NCBI GenBank assembly: GCA_010015585.1 | Contig: ML975152.1 | Reading direction: 5' to 3' (one strand) | DNA length: 64,000 nucleotides | Source: Eremomyces bilateralis CBS 781.70 | Lineage: Eukaryota | In this document: piece by piece, positions 1 through 13,372 of the stretch | How positions within the stretch are numbered: the stretch's first letter is position 1 | Layout of the letters: each line of letters opens with the position of its first letter | Made by a program: the position numbers and the translations under genes | The notes under the pieces: model-generated | What the model was told of the DNA's origin: nothing | Database searches by the model: none | What the model saw: the letters and a program-made list of their open reading frames with translations, nothing else

Positions 1-241
1 CCTTGGACAGTCGTTGAGATAGGAACTATAGTAACCAAAACGCTGTTTCCTACCTCGGCCCCCCATCTTTGATTATTCATATTCTCTACTTGCATTCTCG
101 CATTGTTTCAAACACGAACGCCAACAAACCCTCTCAGTTCTCACCATTCAATCACTCAATCACACGCCGCTGCCTTAACTCCTACTTCGCCATCAACTAA
201 CACCACCAAAGCGAGTCTATTCCTCTATTTTTTATTGCTAA

Positions 242-1203
242 TTGATCCACCGTTGTCAGTTGTATCCTGAAAAATGCGTCAAACGCGGGCTACTTTGCCT
301 GATATCTCCCTCGCCAAATCAGCTGTTGCCCTCAATGGTCTCCTCCAGCTCTCCAGCTCTCCAGCTCCGCAGCTTTCCGAAAGGCATACCTAAGGTTTCA
401 CGTGCAGGAATATCACGAGTATACACGCTATCCCCCTTACCTAGGTCCTGGACGCACAATATCCCTCAAAAACATCAAGTAGGAGGAAGATATCGATCTC
501 TGTGGTCATGTCAACAAAGCGCGCATCTTGGATAACGAATATCAATGCGTGTACAAAGGCATGAATAGACCGATGTACTTTCTACATGACACCGAGGTTC
601 TCGAGCAAGAGCTGCGAAATTTGGTGGTGTTTCATGGCAGCAAGCGGATCGAGCAGCTATTTGCAGCGGCGGTATCTAGCAGTTCATACCACACCAGGGA
701 ATCCGGCGCCGCACCTATTCTTCGTGGTATCCTTCTCGAATATCATTCAAACGGTACGCTTCATGATATATTGCAATCCCCGGAACCTTGGATCATCGCC
801 AGTCCTGGTGGCTACAATGGGCATGGGACATCTCAACGGCTTTGGCATCCGTGCATCAGTTGGGGGTGACGCATATGGATCTAAAACCAAAGAATGTGCT
901 AATTAGCAAGGAATGGAATGCTCTTGTCATCGAGGTTGGGGGCGTTGGGGGCGTTGGGGGCGTTGGGGGCACCGCTGATGAGTGGTTGCTACCAGAACTA
1001 TTTGAGTCGCCGGACAGGTGTTCAGATACCTGGGAATTGCGAGTGTAGAGCTATACGTGGGCACGCAGAAGAAGAAGAAGAAGAAGAAGAAGATAGGTTA
1101 CTATTACTTCAGATTGCTCAAAAGGCTGAACAAACCCGTGGCCGGGTCTCTCTCGCCGCCATTTCTGATCGATTCTCCCAAGTCATCTTGGAACAGTAGT
1201 TAG
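242..1203 (+). pseudogene. Degenerate Ser/Thr protein kinase-like pseudogene
   Basis: Kinase subdomains are split across frames: CVYK..EVLEQELRNL..ILLEYHSNGTLHDIL (528-790), then after a frameshift WAWDISTALASVHQLGVTHMDLKPKNVLIS (catalytic loop, 788-1048). The DFG region reads EVGG with a 9-bp repeat expansion; there is a stop at ~1046 and a further frame change. Confidence 0.7.
1067..1093 (+). repeat. (GAA)n microsatellite inside the kinase relic
   Basis: About nine consecutive GAA units visible directly. Confidence 0.9.
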
Positions 1204-1344
1204 GTTGACAAATTTTGGGAGGCCGGGGTCAAAGAATCCATGCGTTTTATAAATGCTTTTTTTCGGATTCTTTTGCCCATTCGATCCAACAGAAGATACA
1301 GCAGGAAAGCAGGAAAGCACCCTCACAAATTTCCGAAGCGGGAT

Positions 1345-2088
1345 CTAGGCGTACGTTGCAAGATCGTACGGTCCTCCTTTTTCCAACGCCCGTTTGTATG
1401 CCGGCCGATTTATCACTGTGTCGTGCCATTTGGCTAATTTGGGATATTTCTCCAATTTGATGTAGCCTCCGCCAACCGCCTGGTCCATGGGAAAGATCAT
1501 GTTGAGGTCAGCCAAGCCGAGTTTCTTGCCTGAGAACCACGGTCGCTCCTCGGACAGTGCATCATCTAGGATTTGGTAGGAGATAGTCAGATCGTTCATG
1601 AAGTGAAGGCGGATAGGCAGCACCATTAGCAGGGTAAGCTGTCGTAATGGGAAGAATAGCATGGCTGGAATGACTTCGAACGTGACGATGAAGTTGACTT
1701 TGGCCAGTAGAGAGCCATTCGCGAACTCCTGGAAGAAGGTGTCTCGCGCTTTGTCTTCCTCTGACTCCGGGATCCAGATGCCGTCGGTGTAGTGGTCCGA
1801 GATGAACTGGAGGATGAGTCGCGTTTCGGTCAGGACGTTCGGTATGATCTGATATGTGACTTCCGCTTCCCCGTCGACGTGTTCCAGCGTAACTGTGGGC
1901 GACTTTCCGAGCGGAAAGTGTGATTTGAGTACTTTGGTGGTGTCCGCGCCTCTCCGAGGAAGATTCACGATATTGTACTTGATGCCGGCGTCAGCAATCT
2001 CCTCTAGCGCCCAGAGAACTTCTCGGGCTTTGGAGGAGGACATGTTGTACACCGTCGGGATGGTCTTTTGTTGCGAGTTTCCGTCCAT
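1345..2088 (-). CDS. Glutathione S-transferase (Gtt1-like)
   Basis: Single-exon 247 aa ORF with SSKAREVLWALEE, FPLGKSP, WFSGKKLGLADL and YPKLAKWHD...RPAYKRALEKGG, typical of the GST N- and C-domains. Confidence 0.9.
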   Translation of the reverse strand: MDGNSQQKTIPTVYNMSSSKAREVLWALEEIADAGIKYNIVNLPRRGADTTKVLKSHFPLGKSPTVTLEHVDGEAEVTYQIIPNVLTETRLILQFISDHYTDGIWIPESEEDKARDTFFQEFANGSLLAKVNFIVTFEVIPAMLFFPLRQLTLLMVLPIRLHFMNDLTISYQILDDALSEERPWFSGKKLGLADLNMIFPMDQAVGGGYIKLEKYPKLAKWHDTVINRPAYKRALEKGGPYDLATYA

Positions 2089-2238
2089 TTTGATTGTTTT
2101 TCGGGTGGATTGCAGCCGATGGCGAGCGAGTCTTTCAAGTCAAGGATTAATTTCGAACAGCATACGGAAGGTGGGAGGTTGATGTTTGGTTGATGACGAC
2201 CCAGGCATATATACGTACTCGGTACTACGTACGGAGTA

Positions 2239-2460
2239 TGGTATTTGAAAACCGGGACCCTTGGTCAAGACCACTGCACAGGAGGATTTCGACCAAGTGA
2301 ATATAAGATCATAGACTAATCATCAGATTACTCACTTTTCGTATAGAATACGGAATATACGGTACCAGGGACGTAAGTTTAGTCTGTAATCTTATATTCA
2401 ATTTGTCCGAATCCTCCTGTCCCGCAAGTCTTGGCCAAGGGTCCCGATTCTCAAATACTG
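2239..2460. mobile_element. MITE-like foldback element with ~78 bp imperfect terminal inverted repeats
   Basis: 2241-2319 (gtatttgaaaaccgggacccttggtcaagac...gaatataagatcatagactaa) is the imperfect reverse complement of 2379-2458, with a ~60 bp spacer. The right end reads CAGT on the minus strand and the left end is preceded by TA. Confidence 0.65.
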
Positions 2461-2988
2461 TCAGACTTTGCGGCATACGGATGTGACAGTCTTGGGCTTC
2501 GCCCAGTCTGTGTGTTGTGGCCTAAGGCAGAAGGGATAGGTAGACCGTTTGCCCACAGATGTAAATAGCAGATCGCAGTGAGAGAGATCTTCTCCTTCTC
2601 TCTTTAGCAATTCAACAGCGTTACCAGCTTACCAAATCCTTCGTGGTTTGGGCCCATGACAACGGAGTATATTATACCATACCCTTTTGCTGGTAAACCT
2701 GCAGTACTCGATCTAAACCCTATTCGGTCAGAGAGCTTAGTCCTCGGAGGGGATGGTCACTACGCGAATACTAGCCCAAGCCCCGGTCAGACGAGTAATG
2801 CACTGGGGGGAACATATCATATCACCTAAAATGGTAAAGCGTGTGCCAAGACATGCGGGGGATCACCTCCAGTGACTTCCTTCTTGCCATCTCTTCGGAC
2901 GCCAACCTTTAGGCTTCCGGTTTATGGTATCAACAACGACCTCAGTAACCCTACAGTACTTACTTATGACTACGAGTCGAAGCCGATC

Positions 2989-4578
2989 ATGGGATCCAAG
3001 ACACCAGATGGCCACCGTCGAGGTCCAAATGGTATGGGCAGAGATATTGGGTATGCATTGAGCTATTCTGATATCTTAAGCAGAGTCATCGGCACACGCT
3101 GCAATTGCTGCCGTCAACCCTCCCAAGTCAGCAGCAGCCAGTGGACTCCTTCAGGGTGCACTCGAAGGGGAAGACGAAGACGGGGACGAGGACGACGCCA
3201 AGATTGGAGCCGAGCTGAAGTCCGGCGGCCAGTCCAACGATAGTATGCCAACCTGACGTTAATACACGCTTGAAGCTAACCCTCGAAGACAAGAAGAAGA
3301 AAAGGAAGAGGACCAAGAAGAAGAAGACAAAAGCACTGGATAGACATCAGTCCATTCCTCCCAGGGTTGCACTCGTCAACCTCTTTCACGATCAGCGATA
3401 TCCGGAGGGCGAGATTGTCGAATATGCCACCGACAATGATAATCTCCTACGCACCACGGCCGAAGAACTTCGTCACCTATCCGTCGTGAACAACATGGAT
3501 GATGAGTTCCTGAATGACTATCGCAAAGCGGCCGAAGTCCATCGTCAGGTCCGCCAATATGCGCAGACGATCGCAAAGCCCGGCGTTCCCATGAGCCAGC
3601 TCGCCCAAGAGATCGAGGACGGCGTTCGGGCACTGACCAATCACCAAGGTCTTGATACCGGAGACGCTCTCAAAGCCGGCATGGGATTTCCGACTGGGCT
3701 CTGCTTGAACAACGTAGCGGCGCACTGGACGCCCAATCCTGGTGCCAAGGAGGTTATCCTCCAGTACGACGATGTCCTGAAAGTGGATTTCGGGGTACAT
3801 GTCAGCGGCAGGATTGTTGATAGCGCCTTTACCTTGGCTTTCAATCCTGTCTACGACAATCTGCTCGCGGCCGTCAAGGCAGCCACCAATACGGGGCTCA
3901 AGGTAAGCGAATCTGCTCTGCATGGCGTCTGCAACGTTGAATAATCGCGCAGGAAGCTGGCATCGATGCCCGGATCGATCACATCAGTGGAGAAATCCAA
4001 GAAGTGATGGAGAGCTACGAAGTCGAGATCAACGGAAAGATCATCCCTGTCAAAGCGGTTCGGACCATCACTGGCCATAACATCTTGCGCTACAAGATCC
4101 ATGGGGACAAGCAAGTCCCCTTTGTCAAGACCAAAACCAACCAACGCATGGAAGAAGGTGATGTGTTCGCCATCGAAACCTTCGGTACCACCGGCAAAGG
4201 TCATCTCAGGGATGACGTAGGTGTCTACGGCTACGGGCGCAATGAGCATGTCAGCGCTGCTGGGCTCCATCATGCCTCTGCGAAGTCGCTGCTGAAAACG
4301 ATCGATCAGAACTTCGGAACTCTTGTCTTCTCCCGAAATTACCTTGAGCGCATGGGAGTGAAGCATTACCACCTCGGCATGAAAACGCTCGTCTCGAACG
4401 GCATTGTCGAGTCCTATGGGCCGTTAGTCGACGTTCCTGGCTCGTACGTCGCACAGTTTGAGCATGTGAGTATGGTCCACAGCTGAAGACGCAGAATATG
4501 CTGACGCCATCTTCTCAACAGACCGTTCTGCTCCGGCCCAATTGCAAGGAAGTGATCTCCCGAGGAGACGATTACTAA
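2989..4578 (+). CDS. MAP2: Methionine aminopeptidase 2 (multi-exon)
   Basis: Starts MGSKTPDG, followed by acidic and Lys tracts. Active-site motifs AAHWTPN, KVDFG, DSAF, GHNI, AIETFG and QFEH, ending SRGDDY*. GT-AG introns near 3032, ~3243, 3903-3952 and 4466-4521. Confidence 0.93.
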
Positions 4579-5334
4579 GGGAATGTGGGAATTCGGGGGA
4601 TAAATTGATTCTGGGAATGGTAGCTGCATTTGATTCTCTGTGTACCTGACTTCAACAGTCATGGAAAAAACCACCTTGGTAAGGCATTTCAACACGCCTT
4701 ATTTATAGTATTATCTGGCCGATGACGCTCTTTTCAACCGCAAATATCAAAAATCGATTGCACCGTGTTTCATTGTCTCAAGCTACTGCGGTGTGAAACT
4801 GCGCTTTCGTTCTCTCACAGATTTCTACCACTGACGTGTTTATTCGCGAGAGTTGTTGACACGCTTGAGCGAGCAGCTTGGATTGAGACTCCATTCCAAC
4901 CATTATCAATTGACGCAAACCCCGCTACGCTGCTCGAAATCAGTCATCAGAACCGCAAAGACCCTATCGTCAGCTTACATCCTCTTATTGAGGGGCGCAA
5001 CAGCTCGATTATATTTGATCGACATGTCTTTCTATATTTCGGGTTTCTCGTTCTTTTCATAGGGGCGTCCGAGCTGAGAGGAAATATTGCCACTCCCCAC
5101 TTGCCAGTTGTGGAGTGTGGACTTGATCTTGCGGGGTTTCGCCGTTCCGGGTTCGAGTAAGCTATCCCGGATTGGGAGCGCTATTTACCCATTTTCCTAT
5201 GCAGGAATACGAGGTAGGACGGACTATCAAACACTACCTCTGCTGTTCAGCTGTCGGACACACTGCGACTTGATTCACGATGTGTCGATGTCCCATCACC
5301 AGCTGTTCCTTTCTATGCGAACGCGGCCGCAACC

Positions 5335-6549
5335 ATGGCTACGCAGAGAAGCGAAACTATGACCTCAAGTCCAACTCTGGTCTCCAGGCCAATCACGAAT
5401 ACCAGCTCCACAAACGTTTCGGCCGCGACTGGCGTACCCTTTGAGTGCGAGCTTCAGCTCGCCCATGACCTGGAATACCTTCCCACCGGCGTGGATGAGA
5501 AGCGTCGCGTGTTGCTCCGGCGGGATTCCGACTATCAAACCCTCCCCGGCCAGCCTCGCGTGCGGTTAAACTCCGTCCAGTTGCCGGAATACCTGCTGTA
5601 AGTCGCCGGCAAGCAAACAGCGATGGCCCTCCCGGAAATATAGAGAACGTGGTGGGCTAATGGTCTATAAAGGGAACATTCTATCATTGACTTTTTCGAC
5701 ACCCATCTTATAAGGGTGCGGCAACATGCCCCCTACGATGGCATCTCGTGCTTGCATGAGCAAGGGGTTCTCGGCCTCCGAGTGATCTTGACGGAACGGA
5801 TCCGCCTGCACCTAATACGGACGGACGATCGCATGTTTATCCGACCGCTCCCCTCCTATCTGACGTCCTTTGCATTTTGGGAGTTCCTCCTAGACGAGGA
5901 GAACGAATCATTAAGTCCGGATGATCGAATGCGCATTGTGCACAACACATTTGGCTTTCTCCGGACCTACTACTACCTCATCCGTTATCCGTCCGATTTC
6001 CGGCTGGCGCAGAAGTTGGGTCTACTCCCGGCGGATATCGCATTCGAACCGTTCGCGCATTTCATCGCGGCGTTTTCGGACCTGGCGAATGATGTGTTGC
6101 TGGAAAAGGCGCCCCGATGGACGTTCGGCGAGCTGGACCTGAGCCATCTGAACTCGGCGTCGCTGGTATGGCGGTGGCATAATTACTTCAACCTTTACCC
6201 CTTCCGAAACCATGTGCTCATCAACAAATACTACGGCCCGGTGTTGTTCCTGTTCGCTACCTTTAGCGTTGCATTGTCTGCGATGCAGGTATGGGCACAG
6301 CTCTTGGACCTCCAGGACTATGATTCGGAGAAAGAGGCCTCTGGGGTGGGGTTTATGTGGTGGTTTGCGATGGAAAGCATCGGCTATTCTTTTGCGTTGG
6401 GCGCCTGCTTCCTGTTTGCCTACCTCTGGACTGCCTCCGTTGATGCCAGAAGGGCCAATCGGGCTATGAAGAAATGGAAACGAGAGACAGGGGCCAACCA
6501 CGACCAACCAAGTCTAGCAAGGTCATTTTTGAGCAGATGGCTAAAATAA
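5335..6549 (+). CDS. DUF6601-like fungal membrane protein
   Basis: Two exons (intron ~5598-5672, frame restored). LHEQ..RVILTE...LHL....RMFIRPLPSYL, GFLRTYYYLIRYPSDFRLAQ and a C-terminal hydrophobic LSAMQV segment match the pattern I recall for DUF6601. Confidence 0.65.
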
Positions 6550-6616
6550 CGGACGTGTCTGCTAGGCCCACTGGGGGAGTTTAGGCTACAAACTAATGCC
6601 CTCAAATGCTGAGAGA

Positions 6617-7738
6617 TCACGGAGACTTGGGCAGCAAGTTGCGCAGCGTGAGGTCGTACACCACATCTTCAACCTCCTTCATCTGAGCATATCGTTTAGT
6701 CAACATCGAAGTTTGAAGAATGATGGAAGCGAGACCGACCTTGTACTTGATACCGTCACTTCGCTTCCGCAGCGCATCGTTCTTGAGGTTCAAGAGGAGG
6801 AATGCGCTGTGGAGATCTTTGATAAACCGGCTGATTTGCTGCGGCCGCTCGTAATCCCCGAGCGTGACGGAATTCCGAGCGAGGCGCGACTGCTCACGAT
6901 TAGTGTCAAATACTGCTTTGCGAAACAGAATTGGGACCCACAAGTTCCTCAATAAGAGAGAGCAGGGCATGTAAATACTCCTCGATGGTCAGATGGAATT
7001 CGTCTCGATCTTTCAGGTTCGCCGGCACTGGATGCATCAGAATGGTCAGCGCATTTCTGATATTCCAATTCCGCAACTCTTGCCTTGCATGATGTCCGCA
7101 ACTTCGTCGATGGTCAGGAGCTTCCCAATTTCCTTTCTTCCTTCAGATTGGCCTGGTTGGTTGGCGAACCCTCCTAACCATCCGCAGTAGACAATGTCGA
7201 AAACCTGATTGGCTTAGCATAATGAAGCGTGGAGAATATCTGGCGGTGCTTACCAGGTCCTGAATCTGTCGTGACCAGATCCCGTTCCATCGATAATACG
7301 GATGCTGCGAGGCAACCTGCACCAATTTCGATAGAGCTGGCAGCTGCTGGCGTATTGATGCTTCTGATGCTTGAATTACTGAGGCCACTATATTGGATGT
7401 CAGCGTATTCGGCATGTAATGAAGCTCGTTCGACCCATGGTGACGTACAGGACTTGGAAGGAATGGCATGCGTTTTAGACAATGCAGCTTTGGTAGATTT
7501 GCCTTCAAACTGTTTATCAGCTGCTACTCCAGTGGCTTCTGATGATTTCGTCCACTTGCTTACTTTGTTTTTCTAGACGATCCACGATTTCACGAAGCCC
7601 CTTGAACAAATCAGCCATGTGTGTATTCTGGGTAGAAGCACCTCCTACCTCCTGGACCACCGCGTCTTCATCGATCTTCCGCTGTAGTTGATCGAATATG
7701 GCCGGATCAACCAGCCCTTTGACCGAACTGGAATCCAT
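6617..7738 (-). CDS. TSN1: Translin family protein (multi-exon)
   Basis: VDPAIFDQLQRKIDED..LREIVDRLEKQ, HPYYRWNGIWS, SRLARNSVTLGDYERP, LNLKNDALRKRSDGIKY, VEDVVYDLTLRNL. Confidence 0.88.
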
Positions 7739-8644
7739 GATGGTTGGTATTATGGATGCGATTGGGAGGATGAAATTGAGGAGTGGGAAATGTTCAAGTC
7801 GGTTGGAGACAAAGGTTGGAGACAAAGTGTTGATAGATGATACAGGTAGGTGTATCAACAAACAGCACACAATGAAAAGCACTCCACTTGTAAAAGCTAG
7901 GCAATTGCTTCGGATCCTACGCGACGATGATTGGCAGTTACAAGAAGTCGACTAACTATAATTTCTTAGTTTTATACTACGAATCTAGTAATACTACACC
8001 AAAGTCTAATACTCCTCCCTCGTATATCACCACACTACCAGCTCCGTACCTTAGTAATAATAAGTCAGGTCTGTTTTTCAGTTGCCATTTTCGGTCATGT
8101 CCCCGCTAAAATCCCTGTCGCATATCTGTGGCGTTAATCGCTGAAGTGGCTGAACACATACTGATTTAGATCCGTTCCATCAGATCTACGATTATTAACG
8201 ATATGCTTCCGGAATTCAACATCTTGCACTACATCCATGCCCATTGCCGCCAAATACCCTCAATATTCACACCTTATGATGCTTGGTTGAAGCTGTAGTG
8301 AGTTTGACTAAAAGCATCCCGGCGAGGAAGTCCTTATATACAGTCCGTACATACATCATCGAGACTTCCGCTCCTTCACTGCATCGGAATTTGTTCTTAC
8401 TCTTACTCCTTCCACAGTTTCAACAGACCTCTACCCGATAAATACATGATAATATCACCACTGGCAATGGCTGAACCTTCAATCACGGCACGCACTCCTA
8501 TCTTCTAGGCACAGTTCATCCTCAACCGCCGCAACCCTATCATAGAACAGAGTGCACCCGGATCATTAAAGTCGCTCAATGTCGAATCCACGACTTCATA
8601 CAAGATCCAGTGCCTCAGCATACCATCCGAGCTAGCTCTGCACC

Positions 8645-10763
8645 ATGAACCGCATGGGAGCCCCCGAACGAGACGCTGTCAAGAATCCATACCACTACGA
8701 AGGCGGACAACCCGAATTCACCGGTGTTCTACTGGGAGTTGTTCTTCTGCTCTCTCTCGCATGGCACTTCCTTTGTCAATATAATCTGGCGAACACTATC
8801 CACCAAACAATACGTAGCGTGTCGACCAGGCTTCATTCCGCCCTTCCCCGCTGGCTCATAGGAGATTCAGAACACGCAATGCTACATCATCGGACGGAGT
8901 CGATAAGAAAATTACTGGGCTTCGAAGGAGCGCCATTGGTGAGGTCGCTGGTACAGGGCGACCGCTCTAGATTTGCCAGCTGGGGGCGCAGCCCTCCTGG
9001 GCTCGGCAACTGGGATAATTCCTGTTACCAGAACTGTATAATTCAGGTGAGAATGGGTGTATGTTCCAACGCTTTCATGACACTGACACCGACATCAGGG
9101 CCTTGCCTCCTTGCACTCCCTCAAGGATTTCCTCTCCGCACCATCCATGAACTTCCATCGCCTCGAAGAAAACTCAACAATACATTCCCTACAGGAGACA
9201 TTATTGAAACTGACCGATCCTGCAAACGGTGGACGTCAACTATGGCTCCCAGGAAAACTGAAATCAATGAGTAGCTGGCAACAGCAAGATGCTCAAGAAT
9301 ACTTCTCGAAGATTATGGAGCAAATGGACCAGGAGGCTCGGAAAGCAACCACTATCAATTCTCTGTTATTGGGGTTGAAAGATATACCGGATTCCAATGA
9401 GACCTTGCCAGATGCAGAGACTGCATCGCATCTCCAGTCGCTCAGACTTCACAACCCTCTTGAGGGCATGCTTGCTCAAAGAGTTGGATGTATCAACTGT
9501 GGCTATTCCGAAGGTCTGAGCTTGATCCCGTTCAATTGCTTGACGGTAGCTCTTGGCCGAAGCCACTTATACGACATCCGTGATTGCCTTGATGAATATA
9601 CCAAACTCGAACCCATCGAAGGCGTCCAGTGCGCCAAGTGCTCGGTCCAGCACCATTTGGAAGGCTGTATGAGAATGGCCACCGAGAAGAAAGATGGCTC
9701 ATCTCTCGATACGTTTCATCAGGCCGTCCAAACCAGGGTGAACACGCTGCGGGCCGCACTCAACGACGAAGATTTCTCGGACGATACCCTAACAAAGAAG
9801 TGCAAGATCCCGAAGCGACAATGGGTGTCCAGCACGAAGACCCGACAAGCCGTCATCGCGCGACCTCCGCAGTGCTTAGCCTTTCACGTCAACCGAAGTG
9901 TTTTCGACGAAATGACGGGCACCCAGTGGAAAAATTATGCGGCTGTTCAGTTTCCACTGTTCTTAGATCTAGATGAATGGGGCCTAGGCTCGAAGGTGGT
10001 CTCGAAACCGATGCAAGAGCCCCCGTCCGAAACGCCGAACATCATCCCAGGCGAAGAAGCGTGGATCATGAATCCGAATGTCACGATGCTCCCGAATGGA
10101 GGAGACCAATCGTCATCCGAGCCCCACTGGCGGTACCGGCTACGCGCGGTCATCACTCACTACGGAAGGCATGAGAATGGCCACTATATATGCTTTAGGA
10201 AACATTCCGGCGGACTTGGGTCCGACTCCGATGGAGATACCCCAACGCAAGAGAATGCCGAGGCATCGAAGGATTCCTGGTGGCAGTTGAGCGATGAGGA
10301 TGTCGTCGAAGTGTCGGAGGACAACGTTCTGTCACAAGGAGGCGTCTTCATGCTTTTTTACGAGCAGGTTCCCGTCGACGGGATCTCGGTAAGCCCAGAT
10401 CAGCAGCAGGACCATTCCACCGCGGAAGATGTGCACATCACTCCACCTCTTACGGAGGCCGATTCAACCCTTTCCTTGCCAATTCCATCACACCAAGAAC
10501 CGGATGTGGAGCCAACAGCTGAGGTGCATCGAGTGGAATCCATTCCAGCAATCCCTCCGGAGGAACCGAGTGCCAACCCCATCGAACCCGAATCGACTAC
10601 AAGCGAGGCGGACGATCACGAGAACCACATGTCAATAACCCATTCCAAACTCTCGCCCGAAAAACCTCCCGACCACGAAGATCGCGCACCGGCCCGGATG
10701 CGCACGGCGACGACGCCCACCGCAACCTTCCAGGGTCCGAAAGTGCGGATGGTGTCCATCTAA
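8645..10763 (+). CDS. UBP1: Ubiquitin C-terminal hydrolase (USP/C19, UBP1-like) with an N-terminal hydrophobic anchor
   Basis: Cys box PPGLGNWDNSCYQN, QQQDAQEY, His box THYGRHENGHY and WWQLSD; intron 9047-9098. Confidence 0.88.
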
Positions 10764-11486
10764 TTTTGACGGACTTTTTGGCTTTGCGCTCGTCCGGTCG
10801 CGTGGGAAGCGGGGATTGGCTTCAGGCGTTTGCATCATGATATCCGGGCCTGGGAGGACGGTGGAAATGCGGATTCTTTCGCTTCCGTTGCATGAGAATT
10901 GGCTAAGGCGGCATGGGATGGCGTTCTTGTATGTGTGTTTCCATACAGAACTCGGGTATAGAGTTTTGATGATAACGAGGGGGATTAGGGTGGAATTCAT
11001 GGCGTACTAGAAGGTCGGATGGTTGCGTCTAATTCAACACAACCACTGCCTCGGATGCATGTACCTATGCGATGTGTTACGATGAATCTTATTCATAATT
11101 ATTACGGTATTTTTCCGGAGGTCCACGCTGGTCTGATGAGAGATGAATATAGAATGGGTCTATGGCGTCAACCTCTGGGAGATGCTGCTGGTTCGGATCA
11201 AGGCCTCAAATTTGTGTGAACAAGGTCTTCGTGTGATATCAAAGGGAATTCTAACATCATGATATTCTCGGACAGAGCTGAAGGAGATTAGATAGTCCAT
11301 TGTGCCTAGTAATTAAGCACGAGATTTGTACATTAGATGGTACAGTAGCGGGCATGAGGGTCCTGAGGCCTATCATGGGCAATTGAACCAAATTGAGCCG
11401 CCGTCCTTCCGCTCCAACGCGAGTTCCGCAGAATCACAAACACACCCTCCCATCGAACGAAGCACGCGACACGTCTTTCCGTCGAC

Positions 11487-13275
11487 CTAATGCTGACTCC
11501 ACTCAATGGTATTCAAATCCACCCCCTCCTGCACCAGCTCCCACAACGGGCTCAACTCCCGCAAGAAACTCACCCGCTCCTGCACCGCTTTCAGCACGTA
11601 ATCGATCTCCTCCTCCGTGGTGAACCGGCCGATGCCGAACCGGATGCTGCTGTGCGCGCTCTCGTCACTGTTGCCCAGCGCCCGCAACACGTAGCTCGGC
11701 TCGAGGGAGGCGGAGGTGCACGCACTGCCAGAGGAGAGGGCGATGTCTTTCAGCGCCATCAGGAGGGATTCCCCCTCGACGTAGGCGAAGGAGACGTTCA
11801 CGCAGCCCGGATAATGCTGATTGGGGTCTCCGTTAAGTGACGTATGCTCTAATGAAAGCAGGCCACTGAGTAGGCGGTCGGATAAGTACTTGATGCGCTT
11901 GGTATCATACTGCCAGCAGGTTAGCAGATGCTAAGTATGATGTAAATGACACAAAGCATATTGGAAGCAGAAACAAAAACTCATAAACCCTGCAATACTT
12001 CAACACGGTACGCTATACAAAACAAATAAAGACGTTACTCGCAAGGCACTCAGAGAGCCATGCACGAAAAAGCAAATAATCATTGGAAATACCGCTAGGA
12101 CACGGTCGGGTTAACATACCTCCATTTCCACTTTGGCAATACGAGCCGCTTCACCAAACCCAATCGAGAGAGCCGGAGCCAAGGTCCCGCTTCTGAGTCC
12201 TCGCTCCTGCCCACCTCCGGTAATGATGGGGTCCAATCGGACCCGCGGTCGCCGGCGGACGTAGCACGCACCGACACCCTTCGGACCATAGATCTTGTGG
12301 CCCGATATCGACATCAGATCCACGTTCATCTCGTTCACATTGAGGGGGATTTTCCCGACGGCCTGTGCGCCATCGGTATGGAAGAAGATCTTTTTGCTGC
12401 GGCAGAGGCGGCCGATCTCCGCCATCGGCTGGACGACGCCGATCTCGTTGTTGACCGTCATGATGCTGACCAGACAGGTTTCGGGCCGCATGGCAGCTTC
12501 CAGCTCTTTGAGGTCGATCAGGCCGTTGCTGTCGACGGAGAGGTACGTCACGCTGAACCCTTCATCCTGCAGATGTCGGCAGCTGTCCAGGACGCATTTA
12601 TGCTCAGTCTGGCAGGTGATGATATGGTTTTTCTTGCCGCCCTTTTTGAAGAACCGGGCCACCCCTTTTATGCTCATGTTATTGCTCTCCGTGGCGCCGG
12701 ACGTGAAGATGATCTCCTTCGGGTCCGCACCGATCAGCGCGGCGATGTGCTCGCGCGCCTTCTCGATCGCCTTCTCCGTCTCCCAGCCGTACGCGTGCGT
12801 TCGCGAATGGGGGTTGCCGTATAGTCCTGTCATGAACGGAAGCATAGCGTCCAGCACGCGCGGGTCGGTGGGCGTCGTGGCCTGCATATCGAGGTAGATC
12901 GGCCGCGATCCTTCATCCATGACGGTCGCCTGTTTGAGGATACCTGGGGAATTTTAGCAGATAACCCAAACCAGCTCGAAGAGACATACCAGCACTCGGA
13001 CTGAGCATCGCATCTCCCGGCAACCCGGTCCCAACAGTCACATCTTCGGGCCGTTTCCCTGTCTGTTGCATGAACTTCTTCTGGTCCGATTTGATGGCCG
13101 TCTCGACACTGACGGTCGCCTGCACCGGCTTCGACGCCGACACGTAGGACCGTCGGGCAAAGGAACCATGGTTATTTATGCATAGCGGCGACAGGCACGC
13201 TGCTGGTCTCGAGCCGGCTCGGCGGCTACAAGCCCTTGAGGCCTGTCTGGCGACGGTCGGTACAGTGCTCGCCAT
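11487..13275 (-). CDS. NFS1: Mitochondrial cysteine desulfurase
   Basis: Arg/Ser-rich presequence, [13 protein letters not shown]-lysine motif [18 protein letters not shown] and C-terminal IEWSQH; introns ~12944-12989 and ~11910-12119. Confidence 0.97.
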
Positions 13276-13372
13276 GACGATGATTTTGCACTGCAAGAAG
13301 TGATGGTATCTACAAGAAGGTATCGAGTTATGCAAAACTTAAGACCGAAGCTATGGGTAGTCGAAAATGTAG

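Noticed and set aside
2989..4578. MetAP2 as a fumagillin-type self-resistance gene marking a biosynthetic cluster
   Set aside because: No PKS, NRPS, terpene cyclase or P450 in the window, and extra MetAP2 paralogs are common in filamentous fungi; sequence left of the window is unseen
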